Positions 11,901 to 25,100 of a DNA stretch of 64,000 nt are shown here, one piece after another. The first letter of the stretch is position 1. Each line of letters opens with the position of its first letter. The DNA is from Bugula neritina (taxonomy: Eukaryota > Animalia > Bryozoa): contig OZ037765.1 in the NCBI GenBank assembly GCA_964035545.1, forward strand, positions 12,038,698 through 12,102,697, in the 5' to 3' direction. The position numbers and the translations under genes were made by a program. The notes under the pieces are model-generated. The model had not been told where the DNA came from and did not search any database. It saw only the letters and a program-made list of their open reading frames with translations.

Positions 11901-14900
11901 ACTGAGTGAACTCTCGTCACGGCATGGCTCAATAGTCAATGCTGATGAAGATATTATTTGTGTGGAATTAGAGCAACATCCATTTGATTTAGCTAATAAT
12001 ATGGTGCTGAATGATGCCGCAGTCCATGACAGTGACATCATTTCCTATTCCTTAACCTCGGCAAATACAACTCTTACTACAGATAGCCCTAGAGACACAG
12101 TGTTTTCTCAAGAACTGCGGTCTATTGGTAGGACCTCAACGAACAATTATTCTTCTTCTGATGAAAATGCGAACCTCTCAAGCAGCAGTCCGCTATCGCA
12201 AGTGAAACCAGAGCTCAATGAAGGTTCAAGGCCATCTAGTGTTTTCAGCTCGCCCATCTTTGGAGCTCTTACTAGGTCACGATCTTCAAGCATTAGTATG
12301 ACCTCTGCTGACGTGGATTTAGAAGCAGCTGCTTTAGGAGAAATAGAGGTTAGTGCTAGGACTGCTTATTTCCAATTATATTCCTTAAATGCACATTTAG
12401 TTGTTTATAGATGTCCATTAGTTGTATGATGGCTAACTTTGTGTATTATATTTTGTAATAGTTGCAAATCTTTCACATTCTACATCAATTTGCAGCATAT
12501 TGACTTTGCCATGCCAATTGTCTGTTGTACCCACATGATTTCAATATATAGCTATAACGCGGCTAATTGTATTAGCATATATTGATATTGATTTCATCTT
12601 CATTAAAATCAAATGGTACATGCCCAGAATATTTTATAGCTATATGCGTGTTTTGAACTTGCAGGCTGATTATAACATTCAGCTAATAGAGCAAGAACTC
12701 AATGAAATTAAACAGGAAATTCATCTTATAACAGATAAGCTGAGTGAAATGAACTCAGTGGAAACAAGCCACTTATATTTTAATGTGGATGGAATGAGAA
12801 AACTCACTCAGGTTTGTAGTGTCAGTATTTTCTGTATATTCAATGGTTGTACTTCCAACATTAATTATACTTGGGAATACTATAAGTTTAAACACTTCTA
12901 AGAATTTACTAATGGATTCTTGCTAATGGTTGTACTGTAAAGCGCACACTTCAGCCAATCTCACACTTGAGCCATTGGCTCCAAGTGTTTAACTATATCA
13001 TTTCATTATATAGATCATTCTTGCGTGACTTGAAAGAGATAGTTGCCATTACACATAGACAATGATATCTTTCTAGTCTAAACCAAATTATAAGAAAAAG
13101 CTATGCAGATTTCATAATGATTGAGTTAATGTATGAAAACTGACATGAGTTTATAGTCACTATCCCTGAGAGAAAGAGCGTGTTTGAAGTGGGTTAAAGA
13201 TTTTTTCTAATGTGGCACAGGAGCAATTATGACTGGATGCTCTTCCTAACATCACCACTGACCTAGTGTTTACTAAGCCAGCACTAAATTGATATATACA
13301 CCCGTATGAAACAAGTTTTTAAGTCATCTACACAATCCCTAATATGTATTATAGTATATGTGTTTGCATCTAGGTGGTTATGAATTCTGGAGACATAAAT
13401 CTCACTCAAACTGAGATTGCTAAGGCTTTTCAAATTCTCCGAAAATACCGCTATGTAGCTGGTTCACCACAGAGAAGTACTGTAGTTGTGGAAAGTGACG
13501 ATGCACGTAGTAGTGCCCTACCCTATCTGGATTTAGCAGATTCAAGTGTGGGAACCAGTAAGAGACAATCTGTAAGTGACTGGGTTAACAACATAAGTGA
13601 CTCAGTCTGCCAAAGTTCTGTGGGAATTACACTAACGGAGCATAGCATTGGAGCCTACTCCAGTCACCACCCTCTCTATGCTAAGGTATAAGAACTGTGT
13701 ATTAATTGATATTCTGGTTATCCATATAACTAAGCTAGAGATTTCAGAGTTTTTAAAAGGATTCAGTTAATTTAGAATTTTAATTTAGATTATAGAATTT
13801 TAATTTAGTTTGGCTTCCTTTAAATCTCAACAACTTCATTTCTTTTCTAGGTGATTATTGGCAGTTCAAATTCATCTGTCAGTTTGATCCATCTATTATA
13901 GTTGTTGAGTTTCTAATATGTCTTCTAATTTCAACTCACTAAAACAGTGGCACGTTGGAGGTCTCACAGTAAACAACATTCTCCACTGAACTATTAAACT
14001 GCTAGCCTAAAGTTGCTTTTATACCTTCACGATTTTCAGTCAGAAATTCAATTTGACCGGGTTGAAATTTCTCCGAGTTGCATTGCATTGTAAAAACCAC
14101 TCTTAAAAATTTTTGTACTGTGATAACTTATAATCGGCTAACTTCAGAATAATACTCAAAAGAAGTAATAACTCCTTGTAAACATCGTCATTTAGTTATA
14201 ACTTTGTCGATTAGACGACGTACTTGTATGTTAATAATTATATCGCCTACGCCTTCTCAATTATCGCTTTTATGCTGTCAACTTCACTAATTCATGACGT
14301 TTACAAAGGTCATCAAATAGCGATTAGGCGAGTCAGATTTCAATTTTAGAAAGTAAGCTTCCCCATCAATATGAATTCAACGATTTTCAGTTTGACTATA
14401 GAGGGGTACTCGGACAAGCGTTATTAACTTAAACTCGGAACTTTTTTCAGTAGAGGTATAAACGCAACTTAACACATGGTTTACTTTAACTCGATTTTGC
14501 AATGAACTTGATCTTGATGCTTTTTATGAAGTAAAATAAGCCGATGTCCTGATCTAGCATTAGCTCCAGTAATGCTGAAAGTACAATTCCGTTGTAATAC
14601 ATGTTGAAGGGGTATGGGAAGTTAGTAGAGGATTATGGGTATCGCAGCATGTGTCTGGTGAATATGAAGGATGATGCACTACTCATCGCTGTGTATGCTG
14701 CCATAATTGTATTGGATTCATCAGAGAACAGCCGCAGTAATATGATAAATATAGACCAGTCCTTAAAGGTAGGTGGGTGTGCAGTTTGTATATGTAATCA
14801 AATATTGATCATTTAGCCTAAGCATATACAACAATATACAATAATGAGGAATTTAGCTGTCGGCGTTCTAATTAATAGATAAGTTGTGCATATGATATTC

Positions 14901-16651
14901 TCTAAATGCTATGCAAACCACTTTGCGTTGAGTAGTATACATGCCTACTTCACCATTGCTCTCTAATAACTTTTTGGGAGTTGTCATATTATTTTGTACA
15001 GATTCAGTACAACTCTCAATGTATTTGCAAATTTTATCTAACTCGATTTTAGATTCATTATACTATTAAAAATGGTAGTTATGACTCTACTGTTGCTTTG
15101 CTATATTGCAATAACTGATTTGTCAGAAAGAATGTTCGACTTTTCAGTTCTTCAAATAATTGTAGAAGTATGCTATGACAAATAGCAGTTTCTTGTTAAC
15201 ATTTGTTTTGGAGTTGAACTTTTTTTTAGACACTTGATGAACTTTTAACAGCTTCCAACAGTTTTCTCAAAACATGGGATTTTAGTCATATTTCAATCTC
15301 AACAGATATATTGTCAATGATGAAATTGTGTTTGACAACACTTAATAACCAGGTGAGAAAACTACGCATTTTGTTACTTTGCTTGTTGTAGCAATAACGC
15401 ATTATTTGGTAGTCTAAAGTTATGTCAATTTTAAATCATTGGTTAGCTTAGTCAACTCCAGGTTTCATTGTAAAAGTTTAAGTGACATGCCCATATTATG
15501 TGCTTAGTATAAGAAGAATAAGGGTTATATGTTTAAATAATTATATTTGGTTGACATAAGGTTGTCTACCTACTTATTTTTTAACAATATCCAAATTATT
15601 GTGTGAAAATTTTCAAAACCCATATTTTTGCAATATAATTATTCTTCGTAATATTAAAATAATTTTAAAAACAATTATTCATAGTTTTTTTCAAAACCAA
15701 TGGAGTAAAATTAAAAATAAAGCTACAATAATTTATGAACATCATTATAAAAAATAAATTTTTTCAACAACTCCTATTTAAATCAATTGAATTACTCTTA
15801 GCTGCTATATTTATTTAGCAGGGTTCATCAATGCTTAATCAAGAATTGTAATTGGGCGGTTCAACAGTGTTTTGTAACTCTGTATGTTGCTACTAACCGC
15901 ATTAATGCTGGGTATAACATTTCACCAAATAGGCTAATAATCACAACGTTGATGTTGTAGTGAAATAGCCTTTTGTAAGATTTAACATTACATGTTGTAT
16001 TTATTCTGTAATTCTAGTTTCTCAAGTTGAAGTCACTGGATGACAAAGATGAGCGACTAGCTGGTGTTTCAGACCTGTTCAATCATACCACAAATTGCCA
16101 GGCATTAATCGCAGAAGGTCTACGGATAATGATGTTTCTCAAAGTACACCAACTGTATGTAGATTACACTTCCGGACTTGACGTACCACTACATGGGTGG
16201 ATGCTGTTTTCCAATCACTCATCACATTCTCCTAGGTTTTACTTTCTAAACCATGTACAGAAAAGGGAACAAGGGCTAGATCAAGTAACTACTATGTCCT
16301 ATCATTCCATTCCAACTTTTACATACATTTTTTGTGCATGCAGTACATTTAATTTCTTTAGAGTCATGTATTTTATGGTATATTTTCTGCTCATAAATTA
16401 CATGTAAAATGACGAATTGTTGGTCTGTCTTTTGTCTTGGATGTTTATAATATTGTTACACTATTTATAAAATGATACAGGTTGATTTGAGTATTTTGGC
16501 TGATGTGTTGGATGTTCAACTGAAGTTGTTCCGCCCAGCTGATCCCTCTTCAGAGAGTTTTCACTGTGTATATCCTGAAGATTATGCCTTAGACAAAACT
16601 ATCATTCCATTAGCATATCATAGCAACTCAAAGTGTTCCTTTCTTATGTAA
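5975..16651 (+). CDS. OTULIN/FAM105 (peptidase C101)-family protein, predicted inactive, N-terminal membrane anchor, about 859 aa; exons 5975-6337, 11311-12348, 12665-12811, 13374-13685, 14610-14768, 15230-15352, 16018-16284, 16481-16651
   Basis: All introns are phase-0 GT-AG. The C-terminal exons match OTULIN motifs: GYGKLVEDYGYRSMCLVNMKDDALL; SFLKTWDF; QLYVDYTSGLDVPLHGWMLFSNHSSHSP; LNHVQKREQGLDQVDLSILADVLDVQLKLFRP...ESFHCVYP. The N-terminus has two hydrophobic segments followed by HRRKQK. Linkage of exon 1 across the 5 kb intron is inferred. Confidence 0.8.
8596..9367. mobile_element. Non-autonomous TIR DNA element (MITE-like) in intron 1 of the OTULIN-like gene
   Basis: CACACTACAGTCGAAACG (8596-8613) vs CGTTTTGACTGTAGTGTG (9345-9362) is a 17/18 inverted match. 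The direct repeat CCCATAACAC occurs at 8589 and 9368. CpG is retained. Confidence 0.75.
13136..13290 (-). mobile_element. tRNA-derived SINE, internally deleted copy
   Basis: Shares GTTTATAGTCACTATCCCTG and GGCACAGGAGCAATTATGACTGGATGCTCTTCCTAACATCACCA with the copies at 37512 and 37992. Confidence 0.85.
14011..14469. mobile_element. MITE with 16-bp TIR and TAA target-site duplication (PIF/Harbinger-like)
   Basis: TAA|AGTTGCTTTTATACCT ... AGGTATAAACGCAACT|TAA (15/16 inverted match). The interior is CpG-rich relative to the host intron. Confidence 0.7.
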
Positions 16652-17305
16652 TTACTGTCAATGATAAGACTGATTACTTGACTTGTTTTAAAGTGCATTG
16701 TGAACATTTATGCATTCAGTATTATAACTAAACTGGAACACCTGAATTGCAAACCCACTTACAAACTTCCAATATATATTACCTTAACATATATGCATCG
16801 TCAAAATTTATTCTCTCGAAAAAGTCAAGTTTTGGGGTATGAATATGAAATTTTCATTTTTATTCAATTCATAACATATAATATATATTTTCACTAAAGT
16901 TCTGTTAATGTAATTAAGATGCGACTTCCAAACTATACCATAACCAATGGCATAGTAACTAGAAATCTATAGAGAACACAAGAGTTATATATTGTTTGAA
17001 ACCTTGGGTGAACTTCCTACATATTTTTCCAGTTTTGATTTCGATGTGAAAGTTCTTGCCTAAATGGGTTTTAGGATGTTAATTTTTATAGAATTTTTAA
17101 GAAAATTATTTATGTTACGTTTTAGTTATAATTGCTCAATATAGTCAATTTTATTGTATTCTACAATAAAATGAAAAGGTGCTTCCTGAAACAATGGTCA
17201 CATCTGGTTTCATAATAATACAATTGTAAAACTGTTTATTTATGAAAAAGTGAAAACATGAATGTACAAATTATATAAATAGAGCAATGAATTTGAAATA
17301 TTATA

Positions 17306-19757
17306 CTAGCAGTTATATGGGTCAAAACGGCTTTTTTGTAAGAGGAAGTCAATTTTTCTTTTCATTTCGATGTTATATATACGCTTGCACTTTTCAAAAG
17401 CCAATCTGTTTCTCTCTTCATATGGCTTTTCTCTATATCTTCTCAGCCTAACCTCCGAAGAAATCTTGTCATTTGTCATAATCCTAAAACAGAAGTGCAC
17501 ATATGGACACACAACTGGCAGATACTTACTAACAATAGCCTAAATTTAGTTAGATGTTCTTTGTGTAGGGGCATATTTGAAAGAGAACTTTAAAACTGGT
17601 TGGTTTGGAGCAGGGGTGGTCAACTTCTTTTGCATGAGGGCCAAGTTCAGAAGTCTGCTAAAACGAAGGGCCGCATGATTGTACACATATTAAATTTTAT
17701 TGTAATAAAGTAATTTGACACCAAACCTATACTGTGCTAATTAGAATGCATATAACAGTTTTTACTTATCTAAAGCATGAAAAGGGCCACAAAAAATGGG
17801 CAAAGGGCCACAGATGGCCCTGGGGCCCGCAGTTGCCCACTCCTGGTTTACAGTAGGCTAATAATAATTTTATTATGGTGGTGATGCATAAAATAAGATG
17901 CAGCCTTCAAGTGATTTTCAAGTTTAAGTTATCTAAGTTGTTGAAACATGCCTTGTGGTTAACTTTGAATGAGTTAAATGTCCCCAAAAGAAAGCAGTAC
18001 ATGATGGTGAGAAAAGAAAGCAGTTGGTAGATTTTAAACAAATAAACTAAACTACTAAGCTGTCTAAACATAAGATGGTCGAAGCAAGTTTGAATTTTAA
18101 AATCATAAATAATCTTTAATATCAATTAAAGTACATATAATTAATTTCAAATTCAGTGTTTACTAAAGTATGATAAAATAATTTGTTCAATTTAAAACAC
18201 AAACAAAATCCTTGGATTTTTGCACTGATAAAGAATGCAGTGTGTGTGTGTGCGCGCGTGCGATCGTGCGTGTGTACACTTAATTTCTCTTTACTTCATC
18301 AAGAAAATTATAGAAATAGTATTAAATCATATATTTACATTAGCATAACTTATGCTAATGTAAATATATGATTTAATACTACTTCTATAAAGTAAAACAA
18401 AGCTAAGTAGCAAATACAACTAAACTGTCAATATGAGTATAGCACTGCTACTCCCTAAATTACAGTGTAATAGTAAGTGTATTCACTCTCTCCATACTCA
18501 TTCTGTGTTGATAGAACATTTAGTTATCACAAAATGTGCAAGTCAAATACCTCATTTACAACAGTGTTACAGTGGGTGTGACAGTGTATCAGCACATCGA
18601 TGATTTGTTGTTACTACTTAGGAGCATTTATTCTCAAGGCTTGTATAGTTTGAGGGAAGAAATATTCGTCTATGCACATTTTGATGTCGGCTATCTTTTG
18701 CCAGATTTTATGGAGGCTCCATATATATGACTGAGACACTCAGCTGTAGTGTAACTGTATGTTTATAATGAGGCCTGGTTTCCGAATAATTATAATTTAT
18801 AATGTTAAAAATATTGAATAAGAGCACAGAACTAGAAACTGTTATAGTGTTAATGAAGTGTAGTACTAGTTGTCAATAAAGTGACTAAACGTAAGACAGG
18901 AAATAAGAAATGGGAGCTCAAGACTGCAAGTTAGTAGTTAAACTCAATTGAATATCACTGATTAGTATTAGTATTATACTGATAGTAATACACATATTGA
19001 TAGTGATAACTCTCATAAGAAACAATGGTATTCACATTGTTAACTGTTAGACAGACTCTTAGACTAAGTCATAATGATAATGATAGTCTCATACTCATGA
19101 ACCATTGGCATTACTGATTACCGTGACGATGGTAATACTGATAGTCAGTTATACTGACACCCAGTCTCATACTCATGGGATTAGAATAGTGCTACTGCTA
19201 GTGTATCACTATTACTATTACTATTAGTATGCGTATCAGTTATCACAATCACTATGATAATGAGTACGATAATCACAATGACTGAATCTGAATGAGTATC
19301 AGTTACAGTATGAGTACGACAACGAAAATCGTCATCGAACTAAAACTTTTAGTTTCAGTAAAAGTAAAACTCATAGTCATAGTTATACTCATAGTATCAC
19401 TATCAGTCATACTCATAGTGATACTGATATTTACTCACAGTCTCAGTCTCACTTTCAGTACTTCAATTTTCTTATCATTATCAGACCTGGTGATACTGAG
19501 ACTTTAGACAAAAGTATTTAATTTAACTAAAGAAATCAAAATTAAATTGGAACAAAAAGCCAAAGTGAAAGTGAGACAAACAATGAAACGTGAACTTGAA
19601 ACAGTCTGAGTCTGAGTCTAAGTTGAAGTTCAACTTTAAGTTTAAGTGAAACTGAAAGTAAAACGCTCAACCTTTCTAAATTTCGATAAGCTGCATCCAC
19701 ATTAGCTCCTTCAACTAATACAGTTCTAGCAAAGAATCTAGCATGGCGAATAGGCAT
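17306..19757 (-). CDS. MRPS21: Mitochondrial ribosomal protein S21 (bS21m), 87 aa; exons 19757-19672 and 17483-17306
   Basis: MPIRHARFFARTVLVEGANVDAAYRNLER|IMTNDKISSEVRLRRYREKPYEERNRLAFEKCKRIYNIEMKRKIDFLLQKSRFDPYNC. One phase-2 GT-AG intron, 264 nt CDS. Confidence 0.95.
17611..17845. mobile_element. hAT (Charlie-like) MITE, 235 bp
   Basis: TIR CAGGGGTGGTCAAC / GTTGCCCACTCCTG with subterminal GGGCC repeats. The 8-bp flanks GTTTGGAG and GTTTACAG match at 6/8. Confidence 0.8.
18950..19665. repeat. Degenerate hexamer-periodic low-complexity tract (MRPS21 intron 1)
   Basis: For example ACTCATAGTCATAGTTATACTCATAGTATCACTATCAGTCATACTCATAGTGATACTGAT and AGTCTGAGTCTGAGTCTAAGTTGAAGT. Confidence 0.8.
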
Positions 19758-20060
19758 CGTGCGCTGATGAAAATTATTATTATCTTCTAACAACACTTCT
19801 TGTACCCAACTCCAAGCTCAAAATTTCAAGTTCGGTATTCACTGGAGAATTGTCGTTGGGTTAGGTATCAAGCTACACGCGAATCTTTAAAAAGTTATTT
19901 GCGATATTCGCTGAGCATATTATTAAACTACATTACGTCGGCACGCAAACTGATGCGTTTCCTGCTAGCGTTGAAAGGCAAAATTGACTCAAACATTAAT
20001 CTTCGATCTAATTCTATCGATATGAAATATGAATATTTATATTATTATGGTCAAAGTTGC
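19758..20060. promoter_or_regulatory. Probable bidirectional promoter for MRPS21 (-) and NPLOC4 (+)
   Basis: Locally CpG-retaining segment between two divergent genes, flanked on both sides by periodic AT-rich tracts. The TSS positions are not directly visible. Confidence 0.5.
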
Positions 20061-20089
20061 TATAAGAATCTGTTACCATAGCCATTGAT

Positions 20090-20770
20090 AATAACCAATA
20101 CTAATAGCCAGTGTATAAAGCAATACACGTTATTTTTTATCAACAATAAATTTAATTTTAAGAGTTTATTTTGTAATTGTTAAACTTGAAGTTTAGTACT
20201 ATTAAATTTAATATTATTAATATTTAGTAGTATTACTATTGGTAATTGTCTATTAGTATTACTATTACTATTACTAATACTCAAGTTAATTAAGTTTAAT
20301 GTTAAATACTTAATTCATTTAAACGTAAAGTTTATCTTACGTGAAATTTAAATTGAAATTCAAATTGTCAATTTAAAATTAAATTTAATGATCATGATGA
20401 TGATGATTATTATTATTATTCATTATGATTATTGATTATAAATTAAAATGTGATACTAGTAATATAAATAAATGTTAATATTGATATTATTATTAAATTT
20501 ACTACAAATAATTAATTTTATTATTATATTTATAAAAATATAAATTGAAGGAATATTCATATATTGAATTTGATGCTCATACTTCATAACTATTAGTATA
20601 ACTATAAGTATAAGTCATATAATGATTAAATGAGTATCAGCATGATCATTATAATCACAATAATCATAGTGATCATGATAATCATTAATAAATAATAACA
20701 TTTACATTATGATTATGATTATCAATATCATCATTATCATAAGTTATTTATCATTATAATTATGGTTATT
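20090..20770. repeat. AT-rich degenerate hexamer/trimer-periodic tract
   Basis: TATTAGTATTACTATTACTATTACTAATACT, AACTATAAGTATAAGTCAT and ATCATAGTGATCATGATAATCAT arrays. Confidence 0.75.
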
Positions 20771-22147
20771 TTTATTAAACTCTCAAGGCAAGGGCTCTGC
20801 CTCTACTGAGTTTCACAGTCTGATATTCAATTTAAGTTTTAATTTTGCAACTTATTTTACTTGCATATTATAAAGATAATAGTCATCTCTTTGTTTATTC
20901 GGGCTATCCTAGGCTTTGTGGCTGGGGAGGCTTAATTTTGCAAGGCCTGCCTACAGCTCTGCGTTCTGCCATGCCTCTGCCATGCATTGCGTGTGTAGCA
21001 TTTGAATAAACTTATTTCAATGAACAATGGGACTGGGTACTGTGTAACCAACTGATTGATGTGTCTTGGGAGACTTAGTTTTAGATGCAGCCATTTTTAA
21101 TAGTAAGATACACTTAGTCACAAATCTAGCATACGTAATAATTATAAATAGAGTGTCAGCAGGAGGCCAAAAATTTTACAGTCTACTAGATCTGAAAGAT
21201 CTAAATAGCTTTAAAGATCTGCAATAAAGAGCAGTGAAACAACCCCATACAGCACACTGACACCTTCGCTTAGTGCAATTAAAATTCTGTACAGTGAAAC
21301 CTCCTACAATGAACTACTTTATAGTGAAGCCTTCTAGTTCTACAGCTAAATACTGTATGCACATAATAAGGGCCATAGGGCTCAGTTTGATTTATAAACT
21401 GAGAGTTAATAATAAATTTATAATAACTATAGCCTATGTATAACGCATGTAAGTGTTATTGTGAACTTCTACTTACTATTAGTATTATTATTACTATTAG
21501 TATTGGATGTTTATATTAATATTGACTGTTCATTGGCTCTTAAACTTTAAATTTATCACTTTATGACTATATTTATATTGATATTTATCATGCAATGACT
21601 CTTTGTCTTATCGATAGTCTTACTTATAGTTATACTAATACTAACACTAATTGAAATATTACTTCAAATTGAAATTGTATCTAATCGTAAGAGATTCATA
21701 ATTGAATTTGAATAAATGCTCAACTATTTTAGTTATGGACATACAGTGATTCTAATATACTACGAAGTGGTAACTGTTAATATTGTTAGTCACCATTATT
21801 ACATTTACTATTCGAAAGAAACTTAAATGGAAAAGTTTGCTAAATAGTAGCATGTGATTTTTAATTCATTTTAAAGTTTTTTGTATTTCACCTTTGTGGC
21901 TTTCCAGGTTTTCTTCCGACAGCATACTATTGTGCTTTAAAAACTTCCATGGTTATAGTTTGTCACACATATGCTTTTTCTTGTAGTCCAAGGTGAACTC
22001 TTTTATAGCAACTAAATGTGTTATTTGAATTTAGGCTTTAAAAAAGAAGAAACAAATGTGTATTTTTTCTTGGAAGGTTTTATTTCCTAACATTCTTACC
22101 ATGTTTATAGGTTGCTTTGTTTAAAGTACGAGTTTTCTGTTGATGAA

Positions 22148-25100
22148 ATGTCTAAAGACTTGGTAAGTTTAGCTGTTAAATTTGCAAATCATCACGAATT
22201 GTTATTTATTAGAGGCTAGTTACTTTCATATCAAGATTTGCCATGTTTAAAGCCACACGTCTCATAGCAATGACTGCCATTCTAAATTCACACAAATTGA
22301 AAATTTTCAACACATACGATAGATGGTTATATTTTACAGGTCATACGGGTTCAATCTGGTGAACATGGCATGTCTAGGATCAACGCTAAGCCATCAGAAT
22401 CATCAACTATTTTTTATAACAAGGTTAATACTTATTTAATGCTCTACCGATATCTAATTTATGAGCACTCTGTGTATGCTAGAGTTATTACACAAATTGG
22501 AAGATTCATTCTTTTATATATCTGACAGAAAAACTCACATATGTTCATGATCTGCATCCCTGTGACAACCTTTGGTGGTTTTGTTAGCAGGCTAAGCACT
22601 TGTTTTTTATTGTGTTAAACTTTAAAAGGACAATTATGACTGAATGCCCTTTTGAACATAACTAAAATTTGAACCACTGATCTTGTCGTTACTAGACCAC
22701 AGCTTCTCCCATATATCAGACAGATATATGCCTTGTTCCCATATCTGACAGAAGTTCAGTAGTTATTTGGTGTTACATTTTTAACATGGTATTGATGCAA
22801 TGTCATAAACAATTTAAATGCCTGGTCCTGCTCAGTTTCTCCTTTTCTGATACCGACTCGAGGTATTCACATAATGTTTTCCACTGTACAGGTAACTGTC
22901 TGGTAGCAAATGCAGCTAATGCTGGTTTCTGTACCATAATTACGAGTAATAGCTGCTATTGAAATATTTTCAATTCATAATTTTCCTTGCAGTAGTACAG
23001 TCAGTTTTTACATGTTAGCTTTCATGGTTTCCTGCCATTGTATTCTAGCTATAATACGCAAGCAAGAGTTAATACTACAGGAGAGCTCTGCCACACCAGC
23101 TGGTTGGAAAGTTGAGAGCTCAACAATCAGCCTACCACATTATGGCCATAGGGGCTGTAAATCACCGGTTTTCCATGGTACATTTTGTTTGATTGTTGTG
23201 ATAAGATTTATACCTTTTGTAGGTTCAAAGTCAATTTGACTTACCCGAAACTGGTTGGCACTTATGCAAAGATAGGAAATGTAGTGTCAAATTAACCAAA
23301 TCTAAAAGTAAATCAATACAAGACCTAAACCTAAGGTAACATCACTATAGACTATATAAGTTGTAACTATATAAGTGCTTGAATGGCTCAGTATAGTGCA
23401 ACTGTTGCAGCTTGGTAAATGTCATGTTTTTATTGGGTGAAGATTTTTATGCAAGCCATTACTTACTTTAAATTTGTATAAATGATAGGTTTGCAATCTT
23501 AGTGTTCAGTAGACATTAAAACTTTTCTAATATTAAAAACATGGCAATATATTGTAATATAATCTGGTAAGTATACAAATATTTTCTTAAAAACTGGAAC
23601 ATGAGTAGAAAATATTTTTATGTTGCTTGCGGTTTGACATTTTTAGTCACGGAGACATTCTGTTCCTGTATATGTCAAAAAGTAAAGGCTCTGCTAACAG
23701 TCTCCCTTCCACTAGCTCTTATAATGGTACCCCAACCTCGTCCAGACCTTCCTCAAACACAGGCATGAGTTCCAATGTAGCCGGAGCACCAAATATGTCG
23801 GTTAAAGAAGATGACGTTGACATTTTATTAGAAAAAGTAGATGGAAAAATTCAGCGGAAGCGCAATGATGCAATGTGAGTATATATTTAAGGATTTGATT
23901 TCTTAAACCTATTTTTGATCTAGGTTATTTAAGAAACTTATAGTAAAGTTGTTGTTGAAGCTTATAATTTAATTTTGCAGGTGTCGACATGGTGCTGGAG
24001 GAAAATGTGTGCACTGCGTTCCGTTAGAGGTAAGAATTTCTACTGCTATTCCATGCATACAAGCTTACAGGATGCTGTTTGTTTCTATTTGTGTTCTGCC
24101 TTGTGTATCTAACCTTGTCATTTCTCTTTTAGCCGTTTGACGACACATATTTGAAATCTTGTGACCCTCCTATCAAGTTCCTGTCATTTCACTCTTACAT
24201 TAGAAAGCTTAGAAGTGGAGTCGATAAGTGAGTATTAAAGTTGCTCTTTTTACGATTCCAATAACTTGTATTGAATCAGTGCCATGTGCTGAATTTGTGT
24301 TATTTCCATAGGGGGAAGTTTGTTAATTTAGAGAATCTGAGCTGTAAGATTAAAGATTGTAAAGATCATGCACCATGGCCGGCAGGCATATGCACCAAGT
24401 GTCAGCCAAATGCCGTCACCTTGAATAGACAGGTATGCCACTGCTCATGCTTTCAAACTCTAGAAGCAATTTTGGTTCTTAATGTACACATCATATGTAT
24501 AGATGTGCTAATCTATGCACAAAGTTTATTTTTACTAGTGTGTTTTATGTCAAAATGGTATTTGCTAAGCACAGTTTAAAATACTAATAATTTCTACAAG
24601 AAATATAGAGTTTAATGTTTTTTATCAAGTACACACCCCATCTTCTTCATTTTTACCTGATTTAACTGAAGCGTGTAAAGCTTTGAGCATACAAGAGGCA
24701 GCCTTTATTTCGTTCCAATATCGTCGTGGATGTAGTAGTCTAGGAGATATTGACTCTAACTTTTGTATCTGCCTTTAAAAGAAGCATTTTTGTCTTGTTT
24801 TACTTCAAAAATAGCAAATGCTTATTATATGAGGAAATTCATTGGGCAATGAAAATTATCTTCAACATTGGCAAAACTTTGATAACTAATTGAATGGATA
24901 GTTTTCATTAATATAGAGTAACAATATTCATGTAAAAACTGCATTTATAAAAAGAACTAAATGTAAAATAAAATGCGTTGTGAAAATAAAAATCTATCAG
25001 TAAGATAGCAAGTGAAAAACAGTAAAATTATAAAAATAAAGTAAGAGTAGAATTATGTTGATAGAAAATTTAAAACTTTTTACAAGCTGATTGCTTAATT

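Noticed and set aside
14595-14603. Apparent AC-ending (U12-type) intron before ATG 14601
   Set aside because: There is no ATATCCTT/GTATCCTT donor, and a normal AAG acceptor at 14609 joins LYAK|GYGKL in frame.
19292-19507. Hydrophobic 71-aa ORF (IVIVILIV...)
   Set aside because: It is a by-product of the hexamer-periodic tract and lies antisense within the MRPS21 intron.
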